Assembly (NCBI GenBank): GCA_965219955.1
Contig: OZ244799.1
Location: forward strand, 764,828-828,827
DNA: 64,000 nucleotides
Direction of reading: 5' to 3'
Source: a bacterium
GTDB taxonomy: Bacteria > UBA8248
Shown here: positions 35,160-44,026 of the stretch, in pieces
Position numbering within the stretch: the stretch's first letter is position 1
Layout: every line of letters starts with the position of its first letter
The notes under the pieces: generated by a model
What the model was told of the DNA's origin: nothing
Databases searched by the model: none
The model's input: only the letters and a program-made list of their open reading frames with translations
Program-made: the position numbers and the translations under genes

Positions 35160-36047
35160 ATGAAGGTGCAGACCATCGCCATCATCAGTCCCGGAGAGTT
35201 GGGAAGCGCCGTAGGCGGCGTTCTGAAAGAACACGGATTGGGCGCCGTCGCCTGCCTCTCGGGACGCAGCGCGCTCACGCGGGAGCGGGCCCTGGCGGCG
35301 GGATTCCGGGATGTTCCGACGCTGGAAGTTTTATTGGAAGAAGCGGACCTCGTGCTCTCCATCATGCCGCCCGCCGACGCGGTGGAGATGGCCAGGGAGG
35401 TCGCGGCGGCCATGGAAGCCACCGGCCACCGTCCGGTTTATGTCGATTGCAACGCCATATCGCCCGACTCCAGCCGCCGGGCCGGGAAAATCATCACGGG
35501 AGCCGGGGGGGTGTATATCGACGGCGGGATCATCGTCGGTCCGCCGCCCTGGGAGGGGAGGGTTCCGGTTTTCTATGTCAGCGGCGAATGCACCGACCCG
35601 ATGACGCAACTGGAGGGGAAAGGGATCTCCGTGCGCGTGGTCGGGAGCGAGATCGGCCGCGCATCGGGCCTCAAGATGTGCTCCGCCGCGCTGAGAAAAG
35701 GGACACTCGCGCTGCAAACCGCCGTTCTGATCGCCGCCGAGGCGATGGGACTGACCGAGGAATTCGAAAAAGAGATGCTCGGCAGCCGCGAGGCCCTTTA
35801 CCGCCAGATGGAATCGGGAACGCGGCGCCTCCCCTCCGTGGCGGCGAGGTACGTCGGCGAGATGGAGGAGATTGCCGCGGCCTTCTCGTCCGTGGGCGTC
35901 ACGCCGAAGTTTCATCAAGGCGCGTATGAGGTCTACCGGCTCCTCGCCGGGACGCCGTACGCCTGCGAGACCCCGGAAACGATAGACGGCGGACGAACCC
36001 TGAAGCAGGCGGCGCAGACCTATGCGAATCATTTGCCGATGAAATGA
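35160..36047 (+). CDS. NAD(P)-binding oxidoreductase with DUF1932-type C-terminal domain
   Basis: GAAGGAGG RBS. The N-terminal Rossmann IAIISPGELGSAVG is 6PGDH-like. The C-terminal GLKMCSAALRKGTLAL fits DUF1932. Confidence 0.7.
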   Translation: MKVQTIAIISPGELGSAVGGVLKEHGLGAVACLSGRSALTRERALAAGFRDVPTLEVLLEEADLVLSIMPPADAVEMAREVAAAMEATGHRPVYVDCNAISPDSSRRAGKIITGAGGVYIDGGIIVGPPPWEGRVPVFYVSGECTDPMTQLEGKGISVRVVGSEIGRASGLKMCSAALRKGTLALQTAVLIAAEAMGLTEEFEKEMLGSREALYRQMESGTRRLPSVAARYVGEMEEIAAAFSSVGVTPKFHQGAYEVYRLLAGTPYACETPETIDGGRTLKQAAQTYANHLPMK

Positions 36048-36094
36048 TGGTGGCTGGGCGCAGGAGGGCCATTCCTGTCGGCGCTCCCGTCCCG

Positions 36095-36700
36095 GATGAG
36101 CATCCTTTGTCGATCGCTCGCGTCAACTCCTCGCCGGGCGGCATCGCTTTTGCCCCCCTGTCATGGAGGGCAAGCCGGGGGAGGGCGAGTGAAGTATGGT
36201 TCCCTCCGACCCCCCTGGTAAAGGGCTGTTGAAAAAGTCATCCTTCGTCGGAATGACGATCAAGAACAAAGGGAGGAAACCGAGCGGGCGGACACGCAGG
36301 TCCGCCCCTGCGCGTCAAACCCTCGTTCATCAGGGCTTTCTCAAGGGGTAGAGGAGACACCCCTCCCCGACTGGAAAACCAACCCCCCTACTCCCCCTTG
36401 TCAGGGGAGTAAAAAAGGCGATGCGCCCCCGCCGGGCTGAGGAGGGTTTTGATTTTTCTTGCCCCCCTGACAAGGGGGGGTAGGGGGGGTGCCTTTCAAC
36501 AAATGAGAGGGCAATCGAACCGGCCGAGGAGGCGCCGTTCCGTAGGGACAGGCCTCCGTGCCTGTCCTGATTCGAGCCATCCTGCAAAAGGACAACCACG
36601 GAGGGCAGGACAACCCCAAACCTACTACAACCGCAACACCGACTGGCGAGGGCTTTTCCAACAGCCCCTTGCTGGCCGGATCTGGTTCCGCGCATTTGCC
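36095..36700. repeat. intergenic mosaic palindromic repeat block R8
   Basis: Third copy of the cccttgtcagggg...cccctgacaaggggg-gtaggggggg element (36393-36478). Also ggacaggcctccgtgcctgtcc hairpins and gttgaaaaag junctions. Confidence 0.9.
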
Positions 36701-36872
36701 CGCATTTGCCGTGAGAGGTTTTTGGGGGCGCGGGCGTATGGTGCGGCTGCCTCCCGGCGCCCCGGGCGGAGGCGTCGCCCGGAAGACCTCCGGCGGGCCG
36801 GGCGGGCGATGGCCGTGTTCGCGGGCCGGCCATCCGGGGCATGCAGAACCTCCCTGCGGAATTTCCGAAAAA

Positions 36873-36938
36873 TTCGATAAAATCAGATAAAATCAGATAA
36901 ATTCACGGGGTATTTCGATAAATTGACGGGGTATTTCC
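36873..36938. repeat. phased short direct repeats (iteron/operator-like) in an AT-rich spacer
   Basis: GATAAAATCA (36876), GATAAAATCA (36886) and GATAAATTCA (36896) are followed by CGGGGTATTT (36906), then GATAAATTGA (36917) and CGGGGTATTT (36927). Confidence 0.8.
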
Positions 36939-37142
36939 GGCAAGTAAATGAATGCCCGCATGTCCTCGAAAAAACATCATATATCCATTTCAATAAATTG
37001 TTTTATAAGGGGATACGAAGTTATGTCATGAGCCGTAAGCGCAAGGCTGGCCCGGAGGGCCTCTCTCGCGTATGATGTCTCGCGCAGGGCTTTTGATCAG
37101 GCGTAACATATTGAATAATCAATCTTTGGGGGATTTCAGGCC

Positions 37143-37949
37143 ATGCTCGAGGGCAAGAAGATCATCGTAACGGGAGGGGGAAGCGGCATCGGCCGCGCCA
37201 CGTGCGTTCTCGCCGCCGCCGAGGGCGCCGACGTCGCCGTGGCCGACATCAACTCCGAAACCGCCGCCGAGACGGTCTCGATGGTTGAAAAACAAGGGGG
37301 TAGGGCGATCCTGATCGAGATGGACACCTCGAAAAAAGCGGATGCCGAGCGCATGACGGCCGAAGCCCTGGACGCCTTCGGGACGATAGACGGCCTCGTC
37401 TGCTGCGCGATCAAGCTCGTGCCCGGAAAGCTCGAAGACCTGCCCGAGGCCGACTGGGACATGGTGATGGACATCGGGCTCAAGGGCTATTTCCTCTGCG
37501 CGCAGGCGGCGGGAAGGGTAATGCTCGAGAAGGGCGCCGGTTCCATCGTCTTCGTCTCCTCCATCGGCGGGATGCAGACCTACCCCCTCGCGGGCGCCTA
37601 CAGCGTATGCAAGGCGGGGGCCATCATGCTCAGCAAGCTGTTCGGCGTGGAGTGGGGCGATCGCGGCGTTCGCGCGAACACCGTCTCCCCGGGCCAGGTG
37701 CGCACCCCGATGACCGAAGCCATGTTCCAGGACCCCGAAATCGCGGCGGGCCGCGCCGCCGTGGTGCCGATGGGCCGCGTGGCCACGCCCGAGGATATCG
37801 CGGAAGGATGCGTGTTCCTGCTCTCGGATCGGGCGAGGTACGTCACCGCGGCGAACCTGCCCATCGACGGCGGGCAGGTGGAGAGCAAGATGATTCATAC
37901 GCCCGGCAGGAACTGGGGCGGCAGGAAAATAGCGTATAAAACGAATTGA
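37143..37949 (+). CDS. SDR family oxidoreductase
   Basis: TGGGSGIG Rossmann motif and YSVCKAG (YxxxK). Confidence 0.9.
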   Translation: MLEGKKIIVTGGGSGIGRATCVLAAAEGADVAVADINSETAAETVSMVEKQGGRAILIEMDTSKKADAERMTAEALDAFGTIDGLVCCAIKLVPGKLEDLPEADWDMVMDIGLKGYFLCAQAAGRVMLEKGAGSIVFVSSIGGMQTYPLAGAYSVCKAGAIMLSKLFGVEWGDRGVRANTVSPGQVRTPMTEAMFQDPEIAAGRAAVVPMGRVATPEDIAEGCVFLLSDRARYVTAANLPIDGGQVESKMIHTPGRNWGGRKIAYKTN

Positions 37950-37964
37950 GAGAGGAGGTTCCAG

Positions 37965-38744
37965 ATGGGCCGTTTCGATGGAAATGTGTGCATCGTCGCC
38001 GGGGGCGCCCGGGGCATCGGCGAAAAGACGTGTGAGATGTATGTGGAACAGGGCGGCCGCGTGCTCATCGGCGACGTGAACGAGGAGTTGGGCCTCGAAC
38101 TCGAGGGCAGGCTCGGCAAGGATAAGGCGGTGTTTCAGCGGCTCGACGTGTCGGATGAGGGCTCCTGCCAGGCGGCTGTTGAGCGTGCGGTGGGCGAGTT
38201 CGGCGGCCTGGACCACCTCGTGAACTGCGCCATCAGGATGGACCCCGCCCCGCTGGTCGATCTGCCTCTGGCGAGCTGGAAAATGGTGGTGGACGTGGGC
38301 CTTACGGGCATGTTCCTGATGTGCCAGGCGGCTGGCCGCTGGCTGATCGAGAACGAAAGGCCGGGCGTCATGGTGAATCTGTCGTCGAACGCCGGGATTC
38401 AGCCTTACGGGATGTCGGGTGCTTACAGCACGGTGAAGGCGGGCATCATCATGCTCTCCAAGCAATTGGGCATCGAATGGGCGCGCAAGGGAATTCGCGT
38501 GAACGCCGTATGCCCCGGCCATACGGAAACGCCGCTGACTGCTTACTTACAAGACCCCGAGATCAAAAAGGGCAGAAGCGACGTGACGCCGCTCGGCCGC
38601 GTGGGCCAGCCGGTGGATATCGCACACGGCATCTTGTTCCTGCTGTCCGAGGAATCAGACTGGATCACGGCTTCGCGCCTCGACATCGACGGCGGCATAC
38701 TGAACAGCGTCTACAACCACATGCCGGGCAGGAAATGGGACTGA
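37965..38744 (+). CDS. SDR family oxidoreductase
   Basis: AGGARGIG motif and YSTVKAG (YxxxK). RBS GAGAGGAGG. Confidence 0.9.
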   Translation: MGRFDGNVCIVAGGARGIGEKTCEMYVEQGGRVLIGDVNEELGLELEGRLGKDKAVFQRLDVSDEGSCQAAVERAVGEFGGLDHLVNCAIRMDPAPLVDLPLASWKMVVDVGLTGMFLMCQAAGRWLIENERPGVMVNLSSNAGIQPYGMSGAYSTVKAGIIMLSKQLGIEWARKGIRVNAVCPGHTETPLTAYLQDPEIKKGRSDVTPLGRVGQPVDIAHGILFLLSEESDWITASRLDIDGGILNSVYNHMPGRKWD

Positions 38745-38821
38745 AAACGGGTGATTGAGAAATTGAACACGCCCTGCTAGGCTATTCCCGTTGTTTCGAC
38801 CGCCCCTGCTTCGAGGCCGCA

Positions 38822-39253
38822 TTGAAAACAGCGCCATACTTGTTTCGTCCCGTCTATTGTCTCTCGGTCGTCGTTGCGGGCGCATTCATTGCGCTTGCCC
38901 CCGCTTCGTTTACGCCCGTCGCCCGTGGCGCGGTGGGAGTCTCCGCCGTCACCGCCGCCCTCGTTTTGAGTCCAACCATTGCGGAAGCCAGACGTTTCGG
39001 CGGGGGCCGTTCGTTCGGCGGATTCGGGCGGATGCGTTCTTTCGGCGCGCGTTCATTTTCGAGACAAAGCTATGGACGGGGCTACAGCCGGGGGTTCGCC
39101 GGTCGGCGCGGTTTGGGCGGTTTCGGCATGGGCATGGGTTTGGGCATGCTGGGAGGATGGGGATTCGGCGGGCTGGGTCTTTTCGGTCTGGGCCGGATGC
39201 TCCTCTTTCCTCTCATTTTGATTTTCATCATGAGAATGATGTCTCGACGTTGA
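38822..39253 (+). CDS. small Gly/Arg-rich membrane protein (hypothetical)
   Basis: TTG start (uncertain). Hydrophobic N-terminus ending AEA, then RRFGGGRSFGGFGRMRSFG...GMGMGLGMLGGWGFGGLGLFGLG and a C-terminal TM segment. Confidence 0.5.
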   Translation: MKTAPYLFRPVYCLSVVVAGAFIALAPASFTPVARGAVGVSAVTAALVLSPTIAEARRFGGGRSFGGFGRMRSFGARSFSRQSYGRGYSRGFAGRRGLGGFGMGMGLGMLGGWGFGGLGLFGLGRMLLFPLILIFIMRMMSRR

Positions 39254-39285
39254 AATTTTCCTTCACTGAACAAGGAGTTTCCCGC

Positions 39286-39567
39286 ATGAAAAAGATCGCG
39301 ATTGCAGCAGCATTGAGCCTGATGACGCCCACTGTGGCCCTCGCCCAGGGGATGCCTCGTATGGGGATCGGCACGGGTCTGTTTCTCTCGATCGTATATG
39401 GCCTGGTCGGTATCGCTTTGCTGATGATCGGGTACAAGATTTTCGAGTGGATCACGCCATTCTCGGTAAACGATGCGCTATCGAAAGATCAAAACAGGGC
39501 TGTCGGTATCGTCGTGGGTGCGATATTCGTCGGCGTGGCGCTCATCGTGGCGGCGGCGTTGGGATAG
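39286..39567 (+). CDS. DUF350-like small membrane protein
   Basis: AAGGAG RBS. GLVGIALLMIGYKIFEWITPFSVNDALSKDQNRAVGIVVGAIFVGVALIVAAA fits the DUF350 pattern. Confidence 0.7.
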   Translation: MKKIAIAAALSLMTPTVALAQGMPRMGIGTGLFLSIVYGLVGIALLMIGYKIFEWITPFSVNDALSKDQNRAVGIVVGAIFVGVALIVAAALG

Positions 39568-39633
39568 TCGGGGATAAGTATTTCGGCCTTTGCGTCGAGA
39601 GCCTGAGGCCATGCGTGAAGAAACGGGCCTGAC

Positions 39634-40338
39634 GTGATGATTCCACTCAAGGAAAAAGCGGATTTCAAGGTATCACTCGCGGATCCGCTTTTTTTCTCTT
39701 TGCAGGGAGAGGGCGCGACCATCGGACGCCCCTCAATCTTCATTCGCTTGATGGGCTGCTCGGTGGGCTGCGTTTGGTGTGATACGAAGTATTCCTGGTC
39801 CGGGCCTCCGGTGGAAGAAGTTACGATCGCGGAAATTCTGGATTTTTGTCGGGGACACGAAGATGCCCAGGTGGTGGTGACGGGGGGAGAGCCCCTCGAA
39901 TCCCCGCAATTCCCAACGCTTATCGAGGCGCTTCATAATGCGGGTTTGAGGGTGGAGGTGGAAACGGCGGGCCATGTTCCGCCGTCTGAAGACGTTCTCG
40001 AACGGGTGGATCAGTGGAATGTCTCGCCCAAGTTGAAATCGGCCCAAATCTCAGAGGAAAAACAGCCTGAAACCCTGGACTGGCTGCGCCGAGCAAAGGA
40101 ACCCTACCTCAAATTCGTGGTTCACCGCGCGGATGAACTCGATGAGGTCGAGAATGTCCTCGATAAGTATGGCCTTGGTGATTTCCCGCGAAGCCGCATC
40201 ATCATCTCACCTGGGGGCAAGACGCGCGAGCAGATGGGACACAGATTGCTCCCTCTGGCGGAGGTTTCCATGGAGCGCGGCTATCGATTCACCCCCAGGC
40301 TTCACGTCATGCTGTGGGGGGACAAGCGCGGGGTCTAA
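39634..40338 (+). CDS. queE: 7-carboxy-7-deazaguanine synthase (radical SAM)
   Basis: FSLQGEGATIGRPSIFIRLMGCSVGCVWCDTKYSW is the QueE cluster-binding N-terminus. About 230 aa. Confidence 0.85.
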   Translation: MMIPLKEKADFKVSLADPLFFSLQGEGATIGRPSIFIRLMGCSVGCVWCDTKYSWSGPPVEEVTIAEILDFCRGHEDAQVVVTGGEPLESPQFPTLIEALHNAGLRVEVETAGHVPPSEDVLERVDQWNVSPKLKSAQISEEKQPETLDWLRRAKEPYLKFVVHRADELDEVENVLDKYGLGDFPRSRIIISPGGKTREQMGHRLLPLAEVSMERGYRFTPRLHVMLWGDKRGV

Positions 40339-40379
40339 CTACAGGCAACAGAGAATTCGATAGTATTCAGTGACAAGAA

Positions 40380-40409
40380 AACGCCCCCCGGCGGCACCCG
40401 GAGGGCGTT
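40380..40409. terminator. bidirectional rho-independent terminator between convergent queE and AOR genes
   Basis: aacgccccccgg-cggca-ccggagggcgtt stem-loop, flanked by a T-rich run on the minus-strand side (ttttctt) and cttgattt on the plus side. Confidence 0.6.
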
Positions 40410-40428
40410 CTTGATTTAGTTCAGGAAC

Positions 40429-42297
40429 TTAGGCGGGAAGGGCGATTCCTTCCTCCTCGGTGAGCCTGTCCCAATTCGCTTCGGTTCGTTTTTTCAGCTC
40501 GTCCATGAACTCGCGCGTCATGAAACTGGGCATTTTGACGTTTTCATTCGCCCCTTCGTACACGCGGGAGGGCACGTCGTATTCCTCATCGGTATAGCCC
40601 ACTTTTTTCTCCAGCAAGCGCCCTCTGAGGTAAGAACGCCTGATAGCCTGGTTCACGTCTTCTTCGGTCAGCGAGACGCCGAACATGTCGTTCAGGCTGT
40701 CGACGATATTCTCGTTGGGCGCGCCTGCGAATTTGCAGGTGCCGATGAGGTCATCCCTCGTATAGTAGATGCCGTTCAGGATGGCGTTTTCCCAGTAATC
40801 GATGTCCGTTTGCTGACCATCGAGGATGAGGAGCAAGAACGTGCGCATGCTCATGTGGCCGCCTGCCAGCGCCCAGGGGTAGCCCGGGTTGGTTTCGGGC
40901 AGATAAGCGGGGTATTCAAGTCCCTTGCCCTGCATGGCGAAAGAGAGGTCGCCGCATTGCTGGGCCAGACGCATGGTGCCTTGCGCCAGTTCTTCGCACT
41001 CGCCCGCCGCCGCTTTGCGGATCAATTCATCCATCTTTTTGGCGTCGCCGAAACGGATGTCATCGAGTACGGGTTTGTCCGGGTTTCGCTCGTTCCACTC
41101 CATGGCGTAGCTGATGGTGGCGCCCAGGCTGATGGCGTCGTAGCCCATGCGATCACCCAACTCCACGAGGTCCAGGGATTCTTCAGCATCATAGACGCCG
41201 CAGTTCGCCGTGATGAGGTCGAGCGGCTCATAGTCGAATTTGACCCTGAATTTCCCTTTCTTCGCCTTTCTTCCCTCGGCCGTTTCTCCCTCGGGCCTGT
41301 CGTATATGTTTTTGTGGCACGCGATGCCGCATTTGAAGCAGGACTCGTCCTTGATGACGTAGGGTTCTTCAAAGCTGCCGCGGTATAGCTGAACGGCGTC
41401 ATCATTCCCCGGCGCCCAGAAGTTCCTCTCGGGCAGACAGCCCATGGGATGCAAACCAGCGATGTTTCGCCAGGTACCGCCGCCGCCATCGGCCTTATGG
41501 GCATCGCGGTAGTTTTTAGAGCCGGCGCCCCGGGAGATGACCTTGTTCGCCTCTTTGACGACGTTCGTGACGGCAGATTTGTCATCTGGAGCCTGCGCGA
41601 CGATGGCGATGAGGTTCTTGGAACCCATCACGCCGCCGAAACCGCCGCGCCCGCAGAACCTCGGTTTGCATTCCCTCGTTTTGAGCTGGTTTTCCGTACT
41701 CAGGACGATGGACGCCATGCGGTTCGTCTCAAAGTTCTCCCCCGGAGGGCCGATGACGGCAAAGTGTGCGTCGTCGTATTCATCGGCAAGCGCCATCATC
41801 TTCTCGTGCGAATCCTGACCCAGAAGAGGCGAAGCGTCCACGAGTTCCAGGCTCGGCGGGCCGCCAAGGGTATCGCTCTTGATCACCAGCGTGACGGGCT
41901 TCTCACTTCTTCCTGTGAAGATGATTTCGTCTATGCCCGCACAGGCCACCTTGGTTCCGAATTTACCGGAGCCTGCCGAATACATGGCCGAAGGCGCACC
42001 GGCGAGCGTGCTCTTGAGCGGGCTGTAGCCGCCAAAGAACGTCCTCAGCCCCGTCATGAGGTTCGTCCCAGAGAAACAGCCCAGCTCCATGACGAGAGGG
42101 GAGGAGGGGGCATAGGGGTCGGTTACGTCGTGGTGGGAGAGAATTTTGAAAATCCTGCCGATCCCGCCCAGAAAATCCTCCAAATCCTCGCAGGGTTTCT
42201 CTTCCACCGTGATGCTTCCACTGCTTAGATCAACGGTAGCGCTTCTGTACTTGTAATCGGTTGCAGAGTTGTTCCCGTTTTTGGCGTCTGTCCACAT
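40429..42297 (-). CDS. aldehyde:ferredoxin oxidoreductase family protein (tungsto/molybdopterin)
   Basis: 622 aa. The AOR-type N-terminus ...SATVDLSSGSITVEEKPCEDLEDFLGGIGRIFKIL, and the CFKCGIAC Fe-S motif. Confidence 0.85.
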   Translation of the reverse strand: MWTDAKNGNNSATDYKYRSATVDLSSGSITVEEKPCEDLEDFLGGIGRIFKILSHHDVTDPYAPSSPLVMELGCFSGTNLMTGLRTFFGGYSPLKSTLAGAPSAMYSAGSGKFGTKVACAGIDEIIFTGRSEKPVTLVIKSDTLGGPPSLELVDASPLLGQDSHEKMMALADEYDDAHFAVIGPPGENFETNRMASIVLSTENQLKTRECKPRFCGRGGFGGVMGSKNLIAIVAQAPDDKSAVTNVVKEANKVISRGAGSKNYRDAHKADGGGGTWRNIAGLHPMGCLPERNFWAPGNDDAVQLYRGSFEEPYVIKDESCFKCGIACHKNIYDRPEGETAEGRKAKKGKFRVKFDYEPLDLITANCGVYDAEESLDLVELGDRMGYDAISLGATISYAMEWNERNPDKPVLDDIRFGDAKKMDELIRKAAAGECEELAQGTMRLAQQCGDLSFAMQGKGLEYPAYLPETNPGYPWALAGGHMSMRTFLLLILDGQQTDIDYWENAILNGIYYTRDDLIGTCKFAGAPNENIVDSLNDMFGVSLTEEDVNQAIRRSYLRGRLLEKKVGYTDEEYDVPSRVYEGANENVKMPSFMTREFMDELKKRTEANWDRLTEEEGIALPA

Positions 42298-42432
42298 TTT
42301 TTCAGCCTACCTCCGATGAAAATGCCACATGGGATTCTAAGGTCACATTATTTGCAAATGATTGTTTTTCTCAGTCCGTGATTATTCCGTGTTTTACCTG
42401 GTTGGGCAAGCGGACGGGCGTTGTGAAACTGT

Positions 42433-44019
42433 TTAGAAAGCCACGGGTTCTTGAAATTCTCCAAAAACGCCGCGCAGCACATCCGTTATCTCCCCGATGG
42501 TGGCATATGCTTCTGCCGCCTCGGAAATTGGCTCCATGAGGTTCTCATTGCCCCTGGCGGCATCTTCGAGGCGCTCAAGACTCAGTTCCACCTGTGATGC
42601 GTCTCGCTCTTTCTTCAGCTTTTTCAGTTGTTCCTTCTGGCGCTCTTCAAGTTCTGAGTCAATTGTGAATATCTCTTGGGCGGGAGGCTCCTCACGCGCA
42701 TATTTGTTCACGCCGACGATGGTCTGTTCTTGTGCATCCACAGCCTTTTGCCAGCGGAACGCGCTCTCTGCCACCCACTTTTGCACTACGCCCCGTTGAA
42801 TACACTCGACCATACCGCCGCGCTCTTCCACGTTTTCGATAATCTGCGCCATCCCGTCTTCCATGCGGCCAGTCAAATTTTCCAGGTAATATGAACCACC
42901 AAAAGGGTCCGCCACGTCGGGTACGCCGCTTTCATGAGCGATGATCTGCTGGGTGCGCAGGGCAAGCAGGGCGCTTTCCTCGGTTGGCAACGCAAGCGCT
43001 TCGTCGTAAGCGCAAGTGAAGATGGTTTGAGCGCCTCCGAGTACTGCGGACAGCGCCTCATAGGTGACACGGACGATATTGTTTTCGGGTTCCTGCGCGG
43101 TGAGCGTGCTGCCGCCGCAAACGACGCCGAAACGAAATAGCCAGCTTCTCTCGTTTTTGGCGCCAAAGCGCTCGCGCATGAGTTTGGCCCAAAGCGTCCG
43201 CATGGCTCTGTATTTGGCGATTTCTTCGAAAAAATCCATGTGGGTGTAAAAATAAAAACTGAGCCGGGGGGCAAACTCGTCGATATCAAGACCGCGCTCC
43301 AGGCATCTTTCCACGTAGACGACAGCGTCCGCGAGGGTAAGGCCGCCTTCCTGGACGGCGGTTGCGCCGGCATCCCTGAAATGAGCGCCCGCAGCGCTGA
43401 TGGTGTTGAACCTGGGCGTGTTTTTCACGCCATATTCGACAGTATCGACGATCAGCCTCAGGGATGGCTCAGGCGGGAAAATCCAAGTACCGCGGGAAAC
43501 GTATTCTTTCAGGATGTCGTTCTGGATGGTGCCGGTCAGTTGAGCGGGTGGAACGCCTTGTTTTTTCCCCACCGCAACGTACATGGCATAGAGGATGGCG
43601 GCGGTTGAGTTGATGGTGAAGGACGTGCTGATCTTATCAAGCGGGATGCCTTGAAAGATGGTTTCCATGTCCGCCAGTGAGTCGATGGCTACGCCGACTT
43701 TGCCGACTTCACCGGCTGATTTTTCATTGTCGCTGTCGAGTCCAAGTTGCGTCGGGAGGTCGAGAGCGACGGAAAGCCCGGTGTTTCCCTCGTCAAGCAG
43801 AAAGCGGTATCGCTGGTTCGTTTCTTCGGCGGTCCCGAAACCCGAATACTGGCGCATCGTCCACAAACGTTTTCTGTACATCTCGGGGTGAATGCCGCGC
43901 GTGAGAGGGTATTCGCCTGGTTTCCCAGGGTCATAGTTCCGAGGCATATCTCCCGGGCCGTAGGTGCTTTCAACGGCGAGGCCTGAGCGTGTTTTCAACT
44001 GTGGATGTTCATTAGTCAT
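42433..44019 (-). CDS. methylmalonyl-CoA mutase-type acyl-CoA mutase, catalytic large subunit (no B12-binding domain)
   Basis: ATG at 44019 follows [38 protein letters not shown]...[17 protein letters not shown]. It keeps the Tyr (RQYSGF) and Arg (KEYVSRGT) that I recall as MCM-specific. Confidence 0.85.
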   Translation of the reverse strand: MTNEHPQLKTRSGLAVESTYGPGDMPRNYDPGKPGEYPLTRGIHPEMYRKRLWTMRQYSGFGTAEETNQRYRFLLDEGNTGLSVALDLPTQLGLDSDNEKSAGEVGKVGVAIDSLADMETIFQGIPLDKISTSFTINSTAAILYAMYVAVGKKQGVPPAQLTGTIQNDILKEYVSRGTWIFPPEPSLRLIVDTVEYGVKNTPRFNTISAAGAHFRDAGATAVQEGGLTLADAVVYVERCLERGLDIDEFAPRLSFYFYTHMDFFEEIAKYRAMRTLWAKLMRERFGAKNERSWLFRFGVVCGGSTLTAQEPENNIVRVTYEALSAVLGGAQTIFTCAYDEALALPTEESALLALRTQQIIAHESGVPDVADPFGGSYYLENLTGRMEDGMAQIIENVEERGGMVECIQRGVVQKWVAESAFRWQKAVDAQEQTIVGVNKYAREEPPAQEIFTIDSELEERQKEQLKKLKKERDASQVELSLERLEDAARGNENLMEPISEAAEAYATIGEITDVLRGVFGEFQEPVAF

Positions 44020-44026
44020 TTCGCGG

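Noticed and set aside
2556-36700. I considered whether the repeat blocks could be CRISPR arrays.
   Set aside because: There is no constant-length direct repeat alternating with unique spacers. The modules differ in sequence, length and orientation and are mostly self-complementary, and no cas genes are present.
39570-39634. A preQ1 riboswitch upstream of queE.
   Set aside because: The 64-nt spacer shows only a weak ggcc...ggcc hairpin and none of the conserved preQ1 aptamer features I can recall. It is probably just the DUF350 gene's terminator or spacer.
42297-42433. A sigma-54 promoter or riboswitch upstream of the AOR gene (tggcattttcatcgg).
   Set aside because: The GG-N10-GC spacing and the -12 GC element are not satisfied. 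I could recognise no conserved riboswitch core (B12, preQ1, Moco), and only the short palindrome atttgcaaat stands out.
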